32,000 bases of DNA, taken from contig NZ_CM001976.1 in the NCBI RefSeq assembly GCF_000406145.1, forward strand, positions 2,555,397 through 2,587,396. The letters are read 5' to 3'. Below, in pieces: positions 30,235 to 32,000 of the stretch (its first letter is position 1; each line of letters starts with the position of its first letter). Below the pieces are notes generated by a model. It searched no databases. It saw only the letters and a list, made by a program, of their open reading frames with translations, and was not told the origin of the DNA. Origin of the DNA: Dickeya dadantii NCPPB 898. GTDB taxonomy: Bacteria > Pseudomonadota > Gammaproteobacteria > Enterobacterales > Enterobacteriaceae. The position numbers and the translations under genes are program-made.

Positions 30235-30630
30235 CTATTCATTATCATCTGCCCGTTCAGCTTTATAACGGGCAGATTCCAGATGAGCTATTTTCAACCA
30301 TTCAGAAAAATTATCTGTGTAACCTCTGTTTTCCCAACCAGCGGCGGCAAAGGCATGAACATAGTATATCTTTGGATTACCAGATGTATCCTCGCCGTCA
30401 AAACAAACAATATCATCTGAGTAATTAATTTTGGCAAAAGGCACTAGCTTCCTATTAGGATATTTCGCCTTAACCTCATGCATCCAAAACACTGAAGACT
30501 CTTTAAATTCACAGATGAATGACCACGGTTCTATATCAGGAATAACATCTAAAGACATTATCTCCAGATAAAGATCCGGATATTTAAATCCATCAGGAAG
30601 ATCATCTTTTTTATATAAATAGCTATTCAT
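30235..30630 (-). CDS. cdiI: CDI immunity protein, SUKH / SMI1-KNR4-like
   Basis: 131 aa starting 3 nt after the cdiA stop, the typical cdiA-cdiI coupling. SUKH-type motifs are present: LPDGFKYPDLYLEIM near the N-terminus and RKLVPFAKINYSDDIVCFDGED...FSEWL. GC is low (about 35% by hand count of 30361-30420). Confidence 0.78.
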   Translation of the reverse strand: MNSYLYKKDDLPDGFKYPDLYLEIMSLDVIPDIEPWSFICEFKESSVFWMHEVKAKYPNRKLVPFAKINYSDDIVCFDGEDTSGNPKIYYVHAFAAAGWENRGYTDNFSEWLKIAHLESARYKAERADDNE

Positions 30631-30633
30631 TCC

Positions 30634-32000
30634 TTACTTCCCTTTTCCAGTTACTCTAGGTACATCATAAGAACCATAGGGATTCTTATCACCAAATCCT
30701 CCTGACTGTTTATTAATTCTTCCAGTTATTGCTTCCCCCCAAGTTTGGGGAATGAAATCACGTTTTCTATCCGAAAAGCGTTCAATCTCTGAAGATGTTA
30801 ACTTATCATCATAGCTTCTAACATTTGCTTCAACTCTAATCCCCGCATCTCTGGCAGCGCTGATCCGAGTATTATCCATACTTGTCATATTACCATCAGG
30901 CATTTTCACAACATCAACCGGATCCCCCTTCCAGCCATCTTTTCTCATGCTGGAAACAAGATCATCATAAGTGTATTTCACACCTGTACCTCGATCTGTT
31001 TTATTATTTGAAACTGTATTTTGTGAAAAGCGAATTTCGTTAGCATCAAAACTTGAGAGTGAACTATTGCCTGGTTTCGCAGTAGAGCCTTTATTCACTG
31101 CTGATTCTATCTGCATCCCTTTCATACCAACCAAAGCAATTGCGATCGCCTGCAACTGCATCGCCGTATCATACTGCGACGCCACTTCATCCCAGCCTTT
31201 TCCGGTTGATTTGGCTATGGCGGTAATGGCTGCATCGCGTGTGATGCTGCCTTCATCCAGCCCTTTCAGGATGGCGCTTGCATTAGCCGCGTCCTGCGGG
31301 TACAGGTCTTTGTAGATCAGACGGTAGCTCGCCGCACTCTCGCCATAACTATTCAGCGCCTGCTGCGCCTTTGCCACCAGTGCCGAGCAGGCCCCGCCTG
31401 ATTTGTTGCCCTGCGTACAGATATCGTGGATAGCCTGATCGCGATCTTTGTCCAGCTTGCGGGTATCCGCCAGCTCTTTGGCTTCGTCCGCCGTCAGTGT
31501 TCCGGCTTTCTCCTTACGCTCCAGATCGGCCTTCGTCTGAGCTTCTGTGGCGCTGAGATAGTTATTCTCCACCGCATTACGCCCGGCCTGCGCACCTGTC
31601 GCCGCACCGGTGGTGTTACCCGACGCAATCCCCGATGCCAGACCGGCCGCCAGCGAAGCCAGCGCGCTTACCGACTGTTTTTCCGCTTCAGTCAGGTCGC
31701 TGGTGTCCCGCCCTGAGTACAGCTCCTTCATGATCAGCAGCCGCGCCGTCAGTTCGCCGCCTGCTGCGCCCACTGCGCCCGCCACCGCATCCTTGCCGGA
31801 CAGTTGCGCCACCACCGCGCCCATCAGCGCATGCCCCATCGCGTTGGCCGCGATGTCCGATGCCGTGGCTTTACTCTCGTCCGCCGGCATCGTCACGCCT
31901 TTCACCAGCTGCGCCAGATACGGCGCCGACGCCCCGGCCAGCGCCTGCTGCAGGTTACCGCCGCCCGCACCGCGCGGATTTCGCCTTCGGTACGGACAAT
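30634..32000 (-). CDS. cdiA: contact-dependent inhibition exoprotein CdiA, C-terminal ~455 codons (the 5' end lies beyond the window)
   Basis: The frame is open to position 32000 by my codon-by-codon check of 31906-31998; the GTG 'start' in the track is internal. It contains a Gly/Ala-rich pre-toxin region (HALMGAVVAQLSGKDAVAGAVGAAGGELTARLL...SALASLAAGLASGIASG...GAQAGRNAVENNYLS). The VENN motif is followed by a 308-aa variable CdiA-CT. Confidence 0.9.
   Translation of the reverse strand, partial: CPYRRRNPRGAGGGNLQQALAGASAPYLAQLVKGVTMPADESKATASDIAANAMGHALMGAVVAQLSGKDAVAGAVGAAGGELTARLLIMKELYSGRDTSDLTEAEKQSVSALASLAAGLASGIASGNTTGAATGAQAGRNAVENNYLSATEAQTKADLERKEKAGTLTADEAKELADTRKLDKDRDQAIHDICTQGNKSGGACSALVAKAQQALNSYGESAASYRLIYKDLYPQDAANASAILKGLDEGSITRDAAITAIAKSTGKGWDEVASQYDTAMQLQAIAIALVGMKGMQIESAVNKGSTAKPGNSSLSSFDANEIRFSQNTVSNNKTDRGTGVKYTYDDLVSSMRKDGWKGDPVDVVKMPDGNMTSMDNTRISAARDAGIRVEANVRSYDDKLTSSEIERFSDRKRDFIPQTWGEAITGRINKQSGGFGDKNPYGSYDVPRVTGKGK
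31561..31572 (-). other. VENN motif marking the CdiA / CdiA-CT boundary
   Basis: The reverse complement of 31561-31572 is GTG GAG AAT AAC, encoding V-E-N-N in the context GRNAVENNYLS. Confidence 0.9.

Larger units (their letters stand above)
29680..31140. other. low-GC cassette: CdiA-CT toxin domain, cdiI and kptA
   Basis: Hand GC counts per 60-nt line run as follows. 31501-31560 and 31141-31200 are 57%. 31081-31140 is 40%, 30961-31020 is 30%, 30361-30420 is 35% and 29701-29760 is 30%. 29641-29700 is 45% and 29581-29640 is 52%. Confidence 0.75.

Noticed and set aside
31426-31716. + ORFs 30971-31315 and 31426-31716 inside cdiA
   Set aside because: They are antisense to the CdiA frame, which carries the diagnostic pre-toxin/VENN sequence.

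Overview
Enterobacterial chromosome, about 55% GC. The kdgR-ogl adjacency suggests Pectobacteriaceae, perhaps Dickeya or a close relative; this species guess is an inference only. Most of the window is core housekeeping DNA in three blocks that match E. coli K-12 gene order from memory. Block 1 is pheT-pheS-pheM-rplT-rpmI-infC-thrS on the minus strand (1-6.8 kb). Block 2 is a yebO-like gene, kdgR, ogl and htpX (7.1-10.9 kb). Block 3 is icd, then rluE-nudJ-mnmA-hflD-purB-phoP-phoQ-roxA, converging on pepT (14.4-25.9 kb). Accessory genes sit at the block junctions. These are a GAF-PAS-GGDEF-EAL c-di-GMP protein (11.4-13.6 kb) followed by about 750 bp of AT-rich non-coding DNA, a feoA-feoA-feoB-feoC ferrous iron operon (26.2-29.4 kb), and the 3' end of a contact-dependent inhibition (CDI) locus at the right edge. 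The most interesting region is 29.7-31.1 kb. There, one low-GC cassette carries the C-terminal toxin domain of CdiA (it follows the ParB/sulfiredoxin-type motif order), a SUKH/SMI1-KNR4-type immunity gene, and a convergent, stop-to-stop abutting RNA 2'-phosphotransferase gene (kptA/Tpt1). A second recurring oddity is that many intergenic regions each carry their own short (9-19 bp) tandem repeat array. Many long ORFs in the supplied track are antisense shadows of real genes and were discarded. All homology calls come from my own reading of the translations, with no database search.
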